Source: Raja brachyura (lineage: Eukaryota). Taken from it: a DNA stretch of 64,000 nucleotides. The translations under genes were made by a program, and so were the position numbers. Position 1 is the first letter of the stretch. The number at the start of each line of letters is the position of its first letter. The notes beneath the pieces are model-generated. The model did not search any database, was not told the origin of the DNA, and saw only the letters and a list, made by a program, of their open reading frames with translations. Positions 1 to 12,800 of this stretch are shown here, in pieces. The stretch lies in NCBI GenBank assembly GCA_963514005.1, contig OY740813.1:23064001-23128000 (forward strand), written 5' to 3'.

Positions 1-759
1 CAAGGTAGAGCAAGACATATTCACGAATATAGTTGCTTACACTAAAGAGTCGAGTTGTATCTGCATCCATTATTTTATCGATGCATGGATTTAAAACTGC
101 CTAGCATTTCTTTTAAATCATGTGCTTGCAAAATTTTTGTAAATGAATTGCCAACCATTAAATCAATGATTTGCAGCATACTAACAAAATAAAAAATACC
201 ATTAACTACTTAGCGACTTGGATCTTTGCAACTGAAACCTGCTGTTCTATTATTTTCATTGTTTTTTTTTTGCTTAAATTAACCAAGGGGTATCCTGTGA
301 AAAATATTCAGACGGAGCATGGAGCAAACAGCATGGTAAACTGCAGCCAGAGTCCATTCACTGAGGTTCTAGTTAGTGGGGATTTGCAGTGAGCTCAGAC
401 GTGCAGTTCTGGTATTTTAAAGGAGGAAAACACTGAGTCAGTGGGAAAGAGAGAGAGAGAGATGGAAATAAAGAATCAAGAGGAAAACAAACGAAGGAAA
501 AGTTCACAACATACATCGAGGCGTGGGAAGGCAAGGTGATGTTGGAACGAGTGTAACAAGACAAGGTTACTCCCGAGTGCTTTTTCTTTCGATACTGATC
601 GCTTCCGCCATGAGTTAATCTAATAAATAGTGGCACAGCAAAACCCACAGCAATAATGCATGAAAACCAACACTGCTGGATACGCGCAGCTGGCCAGAAA
701 GCCGGCGTGGAAAGAGTGTTAACATTCTGATGAAGAGGCTTTGGCCTGGACATTAACTC

Positions 760-1145
760 TGTTTCGGGTATTAGAGGCAAGATGGTAGAGTCAATAATCA
801 AAGAGTGGATTTAGCTATTTATTTGGTTAAGCTGATTATGATTAAACCTTGATGGTGTGGTCTTATGAAAGGTAAATCATGCTTGTCAAATTTGCTCAAA
901 ATCTTTGGGGATGTGTCAGGGAGGTTTGATAGAGAATGATCTGTAGATGTAATGTATTTTGATTTCCAAAAGGCATTCCACAAAGTGCCACATATGAAGC
1001 TGGTGCATCAGTTAAAAGCCCAAGGTTTGAGGAAATATGTTATAATAGATTGATGACTGGCTTTCTCGTACACAACAAAACAGAGTGCTGGAATAAATGG
1101 GTCATTTTCAGACTGGAGCCAGGTAACCAGTGGAGTACCGCAGTG
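760..1145 (+). mobile_element. Decayed CR1 reverse-transcriptase fragment
   Basis: Recognisable KGKSCL.NL, VDVMYFDFQKAFHKVPH and VTSGVPQ coding remnants. Confidence 0.8.
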
Positions 1146-1789
1146 AAGAGAAAACGTTTCAGCTCCAATTGGCAAATTTTAAGGTAGGAGGAAAGAGATT
1201 AAAGGGAGGTATAAAGAAGTAGCAACACTCCTGTGCCATGTGCTAACACATATCTGGAGAGTTGAACGCAATGGCTTGCAAGGTCACATGCTGGCAGTGA
1301 AGAGTCAACTAATTTGCTGCATATCTGGAGATAATATAGTTCAGACTAGGCAAGCTCTGAAAGGATTTATTTTGGAATTAGTGTATTTTTTATCCAGATC
1401 CCACATTATACCCCTGCATAATCTACAATTAAATCCTAGACTGGGAGACAATACTTTTGATAGTTAAGATGCCCGACAGATTATCCCTGCAGGAGTACTT
1501 TACCTTAAGCCATGGAACTGAACTGATGCAGTTGGGGATTTTCACTCAAAGCATAACTGAGAGAATTCCATCTGTGCGGACAAATCTCCAACATGGAGAT
1601 TGCTTCCTTGAAGACTCCAAGAGGCCAAATCAGTCTCTGATGTCCGAGACCAAATCTTAAATCTCTGCGTCTCATGTACTGTCTATAGAACTTGAATCTT
1701 CTTCAGCACGGAAGTATCATTGTGCATCATTTTAACTTTATACTTGCATCTTCATATCCAAGGATAAATTGTGCAATAAATAGTTGTGG

Positions 1790-2312
1790 CACAGAATCAC
1801 AAATGAATGGGTAGGCTCCTTACCCGTTGCTCCACCACTTAATAAGATCATGGCTGAACTGATTGTAAACCCATATTCTAGTATGATTGGCAACCTAGCT
1901 TATTTCCACTTTAACACAGTTCAAAGACTCTGTTTCCATCACCTTTTCCCTGGAGCGCAGGAGACAGGATCTATGTTCCTCGTGAATTTGTAAATCTCTA
2001 TAAGGCCAGACGAAACAATCCAAGTTTGTCCAACCTCCCCTTATAGCTAATACCCTCCAATCAAAGCAGCATCCTGGAAGGCGTATTTTGCACACTCTCC
2101 AAAGTCTCCATATCCTTCCCACATTGGGGCAACCAGAAATGCACACAATACTCCAAATGCAGCCTAACCAAACTTTTATATAACTACAACACGACTTCCT
2201 GGCTCATAAACTCAAATGATCTGACCGGTGAATGCAAGCATACCACATGCCTTCTTTACCACTCTATCTAAACGTGTTGCCAATTTCAATGAGCTATGGA
2301 CTTGGACCATAA
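1790..2312 (-). mobile_element. CR1 3' fragment
   Basis: Homologous to 28033-28605 and 30738-31007. Confidence 0.75.
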
Positions 2313-2809
2313 GATCGATCCTTCCTTTCACTTTTTAACCAAATTGACCTCTTAGTATCCAATGTTTCCATACTTTGCCATCCTTGGCCCTCCTCCTTAT
2401 TGGAACATGCTGGTCCTGAACTCTGATCAGCTGGTCTTTAAACAAACCACTTGAGTCGAATGTGGACTTACCCAATAAATTTCAAGTAGCCACAAATTTG
2501 TCCATATTAAATCGGCAGAATTTCCTTCTGCGTGCATCTTAGTTAACACAATAACTGCAAAATATTTTTTAAAAATACAAAACACACTAACAAGCCACTC
2601 GATTTTTAACAACGGAAAGATGCCAAATTCATTAAAATCCTCAGTGCCGCCTTTTTAATTTTGTATCACCCGGGATCACACAACTAGATAACTGCGCAAC
2701 AAAAGGATTGCACAGAGAGGAGGATGCTACAAATATGGTATATTTCCGGAGGAAATGGCCTTTAAATGAGAGAACACTCCGGATGAAGGAGAAATCTTGG
2801 GAGCAAAAC

Positions 2810-2815
2810 TTTATT
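2810..2815 (-). terminator. Probable PSMB7 polyadenylation signal AATAAA
   Basis: tttatt on + strand, about 120 nt downstream of the stop, followed by a pyrimidine-rich tract on the minus strand. Confidence 0.6.
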
Positions 2816-2933
2816 TGCAAAAAAAATTGAACATGTCTCCTGTTATTACACTTGTTATTTTAATGTACATATAATCATTCGATTTTCTGGACATCCACAT
2901 CAAAGTGGTAAAAAATAACAATGGTCAGGTTCT

Positions 2934-3045
2934 TCAGGAAGTGTCCATTGTATGCACAGCTTCCTCCACCACTTCAAGCTCCAGTGGAGCGAGCGACTCC
3001 GTTAGGATGCCCGTTGCGCCCCTTCTGTACTTGTAGTTGCCTTGC
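2934..3045 (-). CDS. PSMB7: PSMB7 exon 8, coding part (QGNYKYRRGATGILTESLAPLELEVVEEAVHTMDTS*)
   Basis: Acceptor tgtccctgcAG; TGA at 2936-2934; beta-2 C-terminal tail ending MDTS; total CDS 834 nt. Confidence 0.96.
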
Positions 3046-3193
3046 CTGCAGGGACAGAGAAGATGCAACACACTGTAAGTCTCAGCAGCAGAGAAACACA
3101 AGCTTTCTCAGCACTGGAACCATTGTAATTATCGCTCTTGCTGAGATTCAAAACTTGATTCAATTTGGAAGAGTTTTGCTGTGACTTTCCTTA

Positions 3194-3469
3194 TTAGACT
3201 TGAGATACAGCACAGAAACAGGCCCTCCAGTCTGCACCGACCGGCGATCAACTGTATACTAACACTATCCCACACACTAGTGACAATTTACAATTTTATA
3301 AAACCCAATTAACCTACAAACCAACACGTCTTTGGAGTGTGGGAGGAAACCTGTGTGGCCATGGGGAGAACATACAAACTCCACACAGACTGCACCCATA
3401 GTCAGGGTCGAGCCTGGGTCTCTGGTGCTGTAAGGAGGCAACTCTAACGCTAGCGCCACTGTTCCGCCC
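3194..3469 (-). mobile_element. HE1-type tRNA-derived V-SINE
   Basis: tRNA-like head, V-domain (ggtttcctcccacactccaaagac..ggtttgtaggttaattgg), CR1-like tail. Confidence 0.85.
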
Positions 3470-3599
3470 TTGTGGCAAAGTTTTAAAATAAATCTGTGGA
3501 TAATTTATTTCAATTTCTCTAAAGCTGGGCTTGTGTTTCTGATCCCGAGGCCTCTACTCCATGCAACCTCCACTCCCAACCAACAACAAAAATACTTTC

Positions 3600-4960
3600 C
3601 AGACCTTGCTTCAAAATGTATAAGAGATGTAGATAGGATTGGCCAGTCCAAACCTTTATTCCTCCCCCCCACCCCCCAACTGAGATCAAAGAAACTTACG
3701 GAGAGAGGAGCAAAGCTTTAAAAAAAAATGTATGGCAGGTTGGTTTTTTTTTTAACACGCAGAAGTGATGTGTGTCTGGAACACACAGCCAGCGGTGGTT
3801 GTGTAGGCAGATATTATAGAGGCATGTAGGATAGACACATGGATATGCAGGGAATGGATATATATGGATTACATGCAGGAAAGAGATGATTAGTTTAACT
3901 TGGCATCATATCGGACACGGACAATGTTGGCCGAAAGGCCTGTTTACACTCTATGTACTATCCTATTTTTGCAAATGCTGGGAAGAGACAACAGAAGCAA
4001 CAACATTTTGCACCGTGGAACAGATACTATTCATTTATATTAGATTTCTTGTATTAAGGTGGAAAGAGTGCAGACAAGACTCGTAAGGATGTTGCCAGGA
4101 TCTGAAGGCCTAAGCTATAGCGAAAGGCTGGGCAGGCTAGGACTTTAATTCCTTGGAGCGCAGGAGGTTGAAAGATGGTCTGAGAGAGGTATGTAAAATC
4201 ATGAGGGGAATAGAAAGGGTATAAGCACAGTGTTTTACCCAGGATGGGGGAAATCAAAGACCAGAGGGCACAGGTTTAAGGTGAGAGGGGAAAGATTTAA
4301 TAGCCTGAGGGGCAACTTTTTTCCCCACACAAAAGGTGGTAGGTAAATGGTGCAAGCTGTCAGATGAGATATTTGAGGTTGGTACTATAACAGCATTTAA
4401 CATACACTTAGACAGGTACATGGATAGGAGAAGTTTAGAGGGATATAGATGATATGCAGGCAAGTGATGGGGCACCTTGGTCGGCATGGATGAGCTGGGC
4501 TGAAGGGTCTGCTTCTCTACGACTCCAAATATCCATGAATGGGAAGCTGTATATTAACTGGATTCAGTGAAATGTTAAGCTTACTGGGGAATGTTCTGTT
4601 GGGAGCAGAAAGAAATGCATTCAGATCAATAATTTCTATTCAATGCAAAAGTGAGAAGATTGTTCATTCTCCCAATGCTGGGAAAATATGGAATTAAACA
4701 ACGAGTCCCTTCTGTGGAGTTCCTCAACGAGCATAGAATAGTGCAGCATAGCACAGGAACAGGCCCTTTGGCCCACAAAATGCCCATGCCTAACAAGATG
4801 CCAACATCAGCTAATCTCTGCCTGCATGTGATCCACTATTCCCTGCATATCCATGTGCCTATCTATGTCTCTTAAACGCCACTATTGTATCTACCTCCAC
4901 CAGCATAATCCCTGGCGGCATGTGCCAGGCTCCCACCCACCACGCTGTGAAAAGACATCC
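3600..4960. mobile_element. Cluster of CR1 3' ends (about 3600-3960 +, 4055-4525 +, 4730-4960 -)
   Basis: Typical CR1 3' sequence (tttaaggtgagaggggaaagattt...gggcctg..gctgtatgactc). Confidence 0.75.
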
Positions 4961-5429
4961 TGCACAAAGTTAGTTAAAGAATCAGTAAACAATAGTCGAT
5001 TGGCCTTCTTTCCCCCCTTTCGGGTGGGGTGAGGTTGGAGGGCATTGTGATTACAGATATAAAGCAGTAACTTGTCTGTGCAGTACCTGTGAAATCTGAA
5101 CCAGATTTTGCCCAAAGACATAAAAAAAGTCATCCGAAACATAACTTTGTCTCATTCGCTAATGGTTCCAAATCAAGTACCTGCATGCACATTAGCTATT
5201 TAAGTAGAGGTTAAATATCCCACGCTGCAAGAGCAGGGTGCACTGGCATCTGCTAACATTCTTCCTGCTAACAAATCACCCGCCATTGACCTCGTGCTTG
5301 CTCTGTGACCATTCTACTACGGGCAAAGTGCCTGTCATTGCAACCTCTTTAGCAGCAGAATACAAAAATAATGCCGTGCAGAAATGAACAAAGCCTCTGG
5401 TACAACAATCTGATGCACTTGGGAAGGAA

Positions 5430-5810
5430 AAATTAGGTGAGAGGGGAAAAGTTTCAGGTGACACAAGGGGCAAGTTTTTTTTTACACACAAAGAGAGCGT
5501 GGGTGCGTGGTTGTGGAGACAGACATGATTGTGGCATTTAAAAGGCTTTTGGATGCACACATGGATATGCAGGGGATAAGAACATAAGGCGTAGGAGCAG
5601 AATTAGGCCATTCGGCTCACGGCCATTATTCCGCCATTCGATCACGGCTGATCTATTTTCCCTTTCAACCCCATTCCCCTGCCTTTACCCTGTAACCTTT
5701 GATGCCCTGAGTGGATGGAGAAATATGGATCAAGCGCAGGCAGAGATGATTGGTTTAGCTTGGTATCGTGTTCAGCACAGACAGTGTGGGCTGTGTGTAT
5801 GCTATGATAT
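5430..5810. mobile_element. CR1 3' end (+) with a nested CR1 tail (-) at about 5578-5705
   Basis: aagaacataag tail in reverse orientation interrupts the + strand 3' UTR. Confidence 0.65.
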
Positions 5811-6628
5811 AATGAATGTAGGCAAAAGAAAATGGGTGTTCTTGAAGGATTGCAGGACAAGTTGATAAAGCTGTTACAAAAGCCTGCAGCCACTGCGGGG
5901 TTGTATGGCATGGAAAACAAAGAGAGTATCTGCAGAAAAAAGGGAATGCTGGATATACGCAGGCCCGCCTCACTGAGGAGAAACAGTTAGCACATGATCG
6001 CCAATTAGAATTAGTAAACATTTGGGAATTTGTTATGTAGGCCAAAATAAGTCAGTGGTAGGATGAGGATAAAGAGGGATTGAATGATGGTGCCTCCGAG
6101 TGTTGGTGGCAAAGGCTTGTAATTCGCAGAGGATTTGGAGTCTGAAGCTGAATGAACATGGGCAAGACACAGGAAAATTGGTAAAAAAACAATGCTGGAA
6201 CCCAAATTCAAACTGGACAAACAAAAATCTGCAGGTGCTGGAAATCTGAAATTTAGAAAAAATACAAATCAGGCAACGTTTGTGGAGAAACGTCGCAGGT
6301 TGAAATATATTTTTCAAGACGCACCAACTCTGATAAACTGAAAGAATGATCGTAGCAGATATCAAGCACCACAATCTGTGAGATTTGGCAACCTCTTGGA
6401 GCTGGTGCTGTGCAGACTCACCAGATTAGCGCTGGCTGTGCGTAGAGAGAGGCTAGATTCCTCTTTGAGAAGGCCAAGAGGAGATTCAAGTGTGATGTTT
6501 AAATTTTAAGAACTTACAGTAGATGGGAAAAACAACTTTTTGCATCCACATGGGTAAACTCATTAAGCTAAATTGTGAACACTGAAAAAGTTGCAGAGAA
6601 AAATGTGTAGAAATGAACAAATGCTTAC

Positions 6629-6780
6629 CGTACACCCTTTTTATTGGCAATGTCATGTGGTCTCAGATAGTCCAGTTTATTCTTCGTTATCACGCACAAA
6701 TCAATGTTGCTCCCCGAACCAAGGTCGTTGAAAATTCCCGCAGCAATCGCATCCTTGACAAGTTGCTTTGCATCCTCTTC
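6629..6780 (-). CDS. PSMB7: PSMB7 exon 7 ([51 protein letters not shown])
   Basis: Acceptor tttccaccAG, donor GTAAGC; 152 nt; [17 protein letters not shown] motif. Confidence 0.98.
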
Positions 6781-6920
6781 CTGGTGGAAAGGATTTGGAG
6801 AGGGAGCACATTAAGAGGAGTCGAAATAATTTGGTAGCCATTAAAGATAAAAAATTGTGCATGTACAAGCATTGGATTATAAATCTGAAGCGGTAGTTAT
6901 TTCTCTTCAAAGGAATAAGC

Positions 6921-7118
6921 ATGTGAGTTTCCACCGGGTGCTTCCACCCATACCCCAAAGACGTGTGGGCTTGTAGGTTAATTGGCCTCTGTAAATTGCC
7001 CCAAGTGTGTAGGGAGTGAGCACGAAAGTGGGATAACAGAACCAGTGTGAACGGGTGATCAATGGTCGGCGTGGACTCGGAGGGGTCGTGTGGCCCACTT
7101 CCATGCGGGATCTTTCAA
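6921..7118 (+). mobile_element. HE1-type SINE, 5'-truncated
   Basis: V-domain and tail present. Confidence 0.75.
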
Positions 7119-9531
7119 TCAATACAAAAGCCAATTTGAGACATTTTCCTGCCCAGATTTTCATGCATCTTCTGCATTGCTCACCTCGCATGTATTGTGG
7201 GACATTACAATGAAACAACAATAGCCCCCTCTACTGGGAAAATGATTGAATCAAGTTTACACGCACCGTTTCCAAACTGCAAATCATTGATATTTTAAAG
7301 AAAAAGTGGAACTTTTTTTTCTGGTAATTTCTGTGGATTTACCCTCCTCTTCCCCCCTCCCCCCTTCTTTTAAACTAAGATCAACAAATGGCAGCATATA
7401 TGTGGCAAATCATTTGCACTTTGTGTAGATACTATCATTGAAGATGTAATTCATTAGAATTACAGTAAATGCGTCTTTTGTGTCAATAGTCCTTGCCACC
7501 CCAAGTTAAAGGGAGGATTATGGAGGGGCTTATCTTCCCAATTTAAACATAGTCCTGGTGAATATCTATTCACAGTCCACTTTTCAAAAAAAAAAATATT
7601 GGGTTTGTCCCATTTTCGGAAGCTAAAATAACAATAATAGTTAAAAGTTACACTGCAATCACTCTACACTGTTTAACAGCCAGGAAGGTTTATGCACAAA
7701 AGAGCCTGCTCATTTACATTCAGCCCACTTGGAAGATGATGCAGCTCTTACATGCTCTCAGTAGCCATGTAGATGTGAAGAGAAATCTGAAGATGCTCAC
7801 CATTCCCTCTCTATAACATGGCTCTGATTAAAAACATTCATATTCCACAGGAATAACCAGGGCTTTTATATTTGAGAGATTTGTTTTGGGGCAAACAAAT
7901 CATTTAAATTATTTTTTGCAGGTTTACTTGTTTTTTGTATCTCTTTGTGTCACAGTTTTTCCTTGTACGAAACGAAAGAAAAAATGCATTTAAATAAACG
8001 ACACAAAGGGTCAGTGGGTCAGGCAGCGTCTCTGGAGAACATTGATAGACGACGTTTCGGGTTGGGACCTATCTCCAGACTGATTGCAGGAGGGAGGAGA
8101 AAGCTGGAAGAGAGGAGGTACTGGGCAAAGCGTGGCAGGCAGGTGGTTAATACAGGTGTGGGGTTCGATAGGCAGATGTTTGGACAAGGGCCAGAGATGA
8201 AAAATGTATCACCCAGTTCGGAGTCTCAACTCAAAGTGAACAAACTGATTTCTGTGAAGCTCCACAGTAAGCTGTTTGGCAGGTGTTGCGGTTTGCAGTC
8301 GCTGGTACGCACAAACACGTGGCCAACACCAGGAACGAAGAGGAGGAAAGATGTGGGGCACCGTGACCCCCAGCTGTCGGGGCACAGGCATGTATTCTTC
8401 AGAAAAAGAAACTAGTGATTATGAAGAACATTGATTAGGATACACGGCTGACTCTGATAAGATTCAAATGCAGTCGGGGTCGGGAAGTAAGGAATTAAAC
8501 AGCGGGAAAGAGAATTTACCATCAGGCGAGCTTTAAACAACAATCACGATCAATAAATCAACACCCCTTATTTCTTCTTCCAAATCGAAAGCTGTGTGGT
8601 GTGAGCACCACTGGTGCTGCAATCTTCTACGGCTGCCACTGTGAAGCTTTCGCTAACACTCCCCGGCCATCACCCAGGTCAACCTTGATATACCACGACG
8701 GACGCAAATTTGCAGATTGTCACCTGTGACTAGTTCAGTTTCTAAGTCCACTCAACCCTTTAACCTCTACCATTCTCACTTCTCTGCTTGGGTACTCTAG
8801 CCTATTTTAATATGCTCTGTCCTTCGCCTATCCACAGATAGTCCAGCAGCCACATCACAATATCTGCAGCCAATCATACCGACGAATACAGTTTAAACCA
8901 GAGAAAATTATTGTGAAATCATGCACAGAAAACAATGTAAAACGAGGGAAAGAGATCAGTGGGAAAGCTTCCCCGAAGGTGAAAATCTGAAGAAACTAAA
9001 ATCCCCATTTTATGCTGACCATTTCCCACCTTTAGGTTTATTCCAAACTTAAGTAATTAATTTTCAACGACAGAAGAAAGGCTATGGGGGCTAAAGATGG
9101 GCAGGTGGGACTAGTGTAGATGGGATATTTTGGTTCGCATGGGCTAGTTAGACTGAAGGGCCGGTTTCCATGCTGTATGAATCTATGACGGAAGTTATCA
9201 TACACAATATCCCTTGCACTTCTAAACAATCCCCCACGGGATACCAGTGAGCAGCACTGTAAACTGTCAACAATTTCAATGCCCCTCTATTTTTAATCTT
9301 ACATGTTCCTGCCTAAATTACACCTCGCCCTTTGCACAAAATCCGGGCTGATGACATTTGTGGATGTGGGAGAATATAATGCTACCGAACTCAAAGCTAT
9401 TAGCTTCCGCAGCCACGTCAGCAACAATTTTAGATATTTTTTATCTTGCCTAACTTGAGCATGGGAGCTCTCAGCCATACCACCTTTAGCTAAAATGCCA
9501 TGGTAACAAATACATTTGAAATATACCTTGC

Positions 9532-9836
9532 ACGGGTAGTGTGGCAGTGGAGCAGCTGGTAGAGCTGCTGGATAAACAGCACCAATGACCCAGGTACAAT
9601 CCCAACCGCAGGCGCTGTCAATGTGGGGTTTGCATGTTCTCCCTGTGACCACGTGGGTTTCCTTCCACATCCCAAAGAAGTGCTGGTTTGTGGGTTATCT
9701 GGCCTCTAGAATTTGCCCCGAGTGTGTAGGGAGTGATTGAAATTGGGATGATATAGAACACAAGTGTGAACAGCTGATCGATGGCCAGTGTGGACTCTGT
9801 GGGCCAAAGGGTCTGTTTCCATGCTATATCTTTCAA
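9532..9836 (+). mobile_element. HE1-type SINE
   Basis: Head, V-domain and tail present. Confidence 0.8.
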
Positions 9837-12800
9837 AGAATCCAGTACAATTACAAACCTCCGCCATCTTTCAGTACAGGTATCAGACATAAAGTACATG
9901 AACATTCTTCGAGAGAATTTTGCCGAGTGTTTGCTATGTACTGTATATATGCAATGAGTGGCTTAGAACATGGTGCAAATACCCGATCGCGTACAATAAC
10001 ATAGTCGCTGCAATCAGCATCTCCTGGAGCTCGAGCGCTTTACCTTAAAGGAGCCTGAATGGAATGATGTGCCACAGCACAAGTCATCTGTGACAAGCAG
10101 CCTTTACAGCACTATCTGCTCACTTCCATCAGACCATCACCGAATGTGTCCCTGGGCTCTTATGTGCAGCTCGATTTACTGCCAGATGACAAATGAGCTG
10201 CACTTGCGGGAAGTGTGAAAAGGTCCACACCAGTCATGTAACGGTCACCTCAGCTGCATCACGGTGCACAGCAAGCCAGAGCAATAGCAAAAGTCATTAA
10301 ATTGACCACTAATAGCCATTTTTAGAAGGTACCAAAGGAATTAACACCCTGTGAGATAAATAAAAATCTCAGCATGTACTGCTAATCAACAACAGTGTTT
10401 GATAAAATATTTATAACACTGACAATCTGGTGCATTTAGAACTCGCAGGCATTCTGAGCATTGTCATTCTAGAAAATGATTTATACATTGCTGTGGTACT
10501 GAGCTGCATGTAATTTGTGTATCTGGTCATGCAATCTGAGATTATACAAATGAGCTTCTGACAGTTGAATATTGCATCCAGGCTCATTATCTGAAGAACT
10601 GCACACCAACAAGAACTGGAACCCATCAAGAGCAGAGTCTGGTCCTTTAAAAACAACAATGTTGTCAGAAATTCTTAGCTGGCAAGGTATAAATTCCCAT
10701 GTACATATAACAGACATTTTAGAGCAGCAGTTTCAAACCCACCGAGCTGTGAATTTTATTACACACTATTTAAGAGACAGTATCCTTGTAGAAAAACATA
10801 ATTTTTAAAACATAAGACTGAGGGAAAAAAAATAATACATTTCTGCTGCCACCTGCAAATCCCCAATGGTTGGTCATAAAATATTGCCCAACTGGGGGAA
10901 ATTTTTCTGGAGACCCCCAAGCTATGTATTACTTAAAATTGTTGTTTTAAAAGTATCTAAAAATAAAATGTTCTTGAATTTTAAATATTTAAAATGTAAA
11001 TTGAAAATTAAAATACAAACACACAAGGATCTGTAGTAAACAAATCGATATATCTTTGTTAATATGATTTCTATCGTTTATACACTTATTCTATTACACG
11101 AGTAGATCTTGTTTCCTTTTCTTTTGGCTTTGGTAAAACAGCCAACATGCAGTAGGAGCTTCACCATTACCAGATCCAGCTATATATTTATGAACCCCAG
11201 CTGGTGTTAACTGTACCTGTCAAACCAAAGTTACGAAAACCTCAAACAAAGAAAATTGCTTTTTTTCCTCTCTCTGCCACTTGTCACACAATGAATATCA
11301 CAGGAAAAGACACAAAATGCTTAAAAGATTCAACATGCTTTTCAGGAGGAAGAATGTGATATTCGGACACAGTCCTGCTTTAGAACCTTAAAGGGAACGC
11401 ATTTGATGCTGAGATTTTCCTTCATCTGTACCGCCACTCTTTACAGATTCAGGCTGGCAAAACAGTATTGTGAACAGCAGAGAGAATGGTAAAGATTTTA
11501 AGTACTTTAAACCATAAGGTTATGACAAGGTAATCCTTATTTATACAAGTTGCAGTAATGCCAATTTGTGACTTTTATTTTAGAAGTGATTTTTTTCCCC
11601 CTGCAAGTTATAAAGCAAATGCATCTTCATGCTTCAGAAGATTCAAACCACTGGAGGCCACACTGTTATATAGCTTTTCATCCCTCACATTAATGTGTGG
11701 CTGTTTTCCATCATATTTAACAAATACTATTCTCAAGAGCCAGGCTCAATAATCTGCTCTGTGATAAGCAATATTTCATTTTCTTAAGAACTGTGAATTA
11801 TAGTTTATTTTTCATTTAAACTATTAAAACAGTGGCACTCTTTAGTCACAGGGTAATTAATATATATTAACATAAAGCAGCTTACGGCTTTTATTGTTAG
11901 TTTGTACTTTTTACATTGCAGAAATCTGCGCACTTTAAACTACAGAAATGTACACGGTTTGCAGTTAATAATAAATGACCCATGGAAAGGTAGAAGACAA
12001 AAACATCTTATCGAAGCATTGTATTTAAAATTTAGAAACACTTCTAAAACATGTGACGGAAGACAAACTGAATTGTTTGCCATTGTTAGTTTTGGTTGTG
12101 GTTAAAAAAAGTCAGAAATGATTACAAATGTAAGCAAAATGTCATTTGTCCATTGGCCTGACTGTTCTTACATCGACCATGTTATTTTTTAATGCAAATG
12201 TAACACCTGCCACTGCAGGAGCACTAGGATCATTTCAACATAGGTCTGTCCAGTTTAAATGAATTCATTAGCCATAGCTCTTTCAAATAAAACTGATGGG
12301 ATTACAATCATATCAATGGAAATTTAAAATGATTAATGCGCCATTAACAATCACTTCGCATGGAAGTGAAGTAGGCAGCTTACGCCAGGATGAAATATGA
12401 CCTGGGCTAATCCTCATCTTTTATAAATCTTTTAAGAGACAAAAATTGCTTGTACTCAAAAATAAACAAAAGTAATGTATTCCATAATCCAGTTCTGTTT
12501 GCCATAATTCAATAAAATATTGGCTGTAAGTACCCCCGTGGGAGTAGACAACATATTCATGTCTTTTTGGGAGATGGCACTTTGCTTCAACCAGGTACTG
12601 CAGTGTAATTGTCCGAGCAGTCAGGACAAGAGACTACAGCTACGGAAATAATGACACAATAATCAGAGACTCATGACTTGTTTTAAAAAAAATGCTTTGT
12701 CAGGGTATTCACCGAGACACTAATAGTCTTGCTTTATCTCCATTGCCGGCTGTCTTGATCTGGTAAGCAAACCTCACAGCAAGCGGTCACCTTCCCATGG

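Noticed and set aside
1-760. Possible 3' end of a convergent neighbouring gene such as NEK6
   Set aside because: No coding exon recognisable; AATAAA hexamers alone are uninformative in AT-rich DNA.
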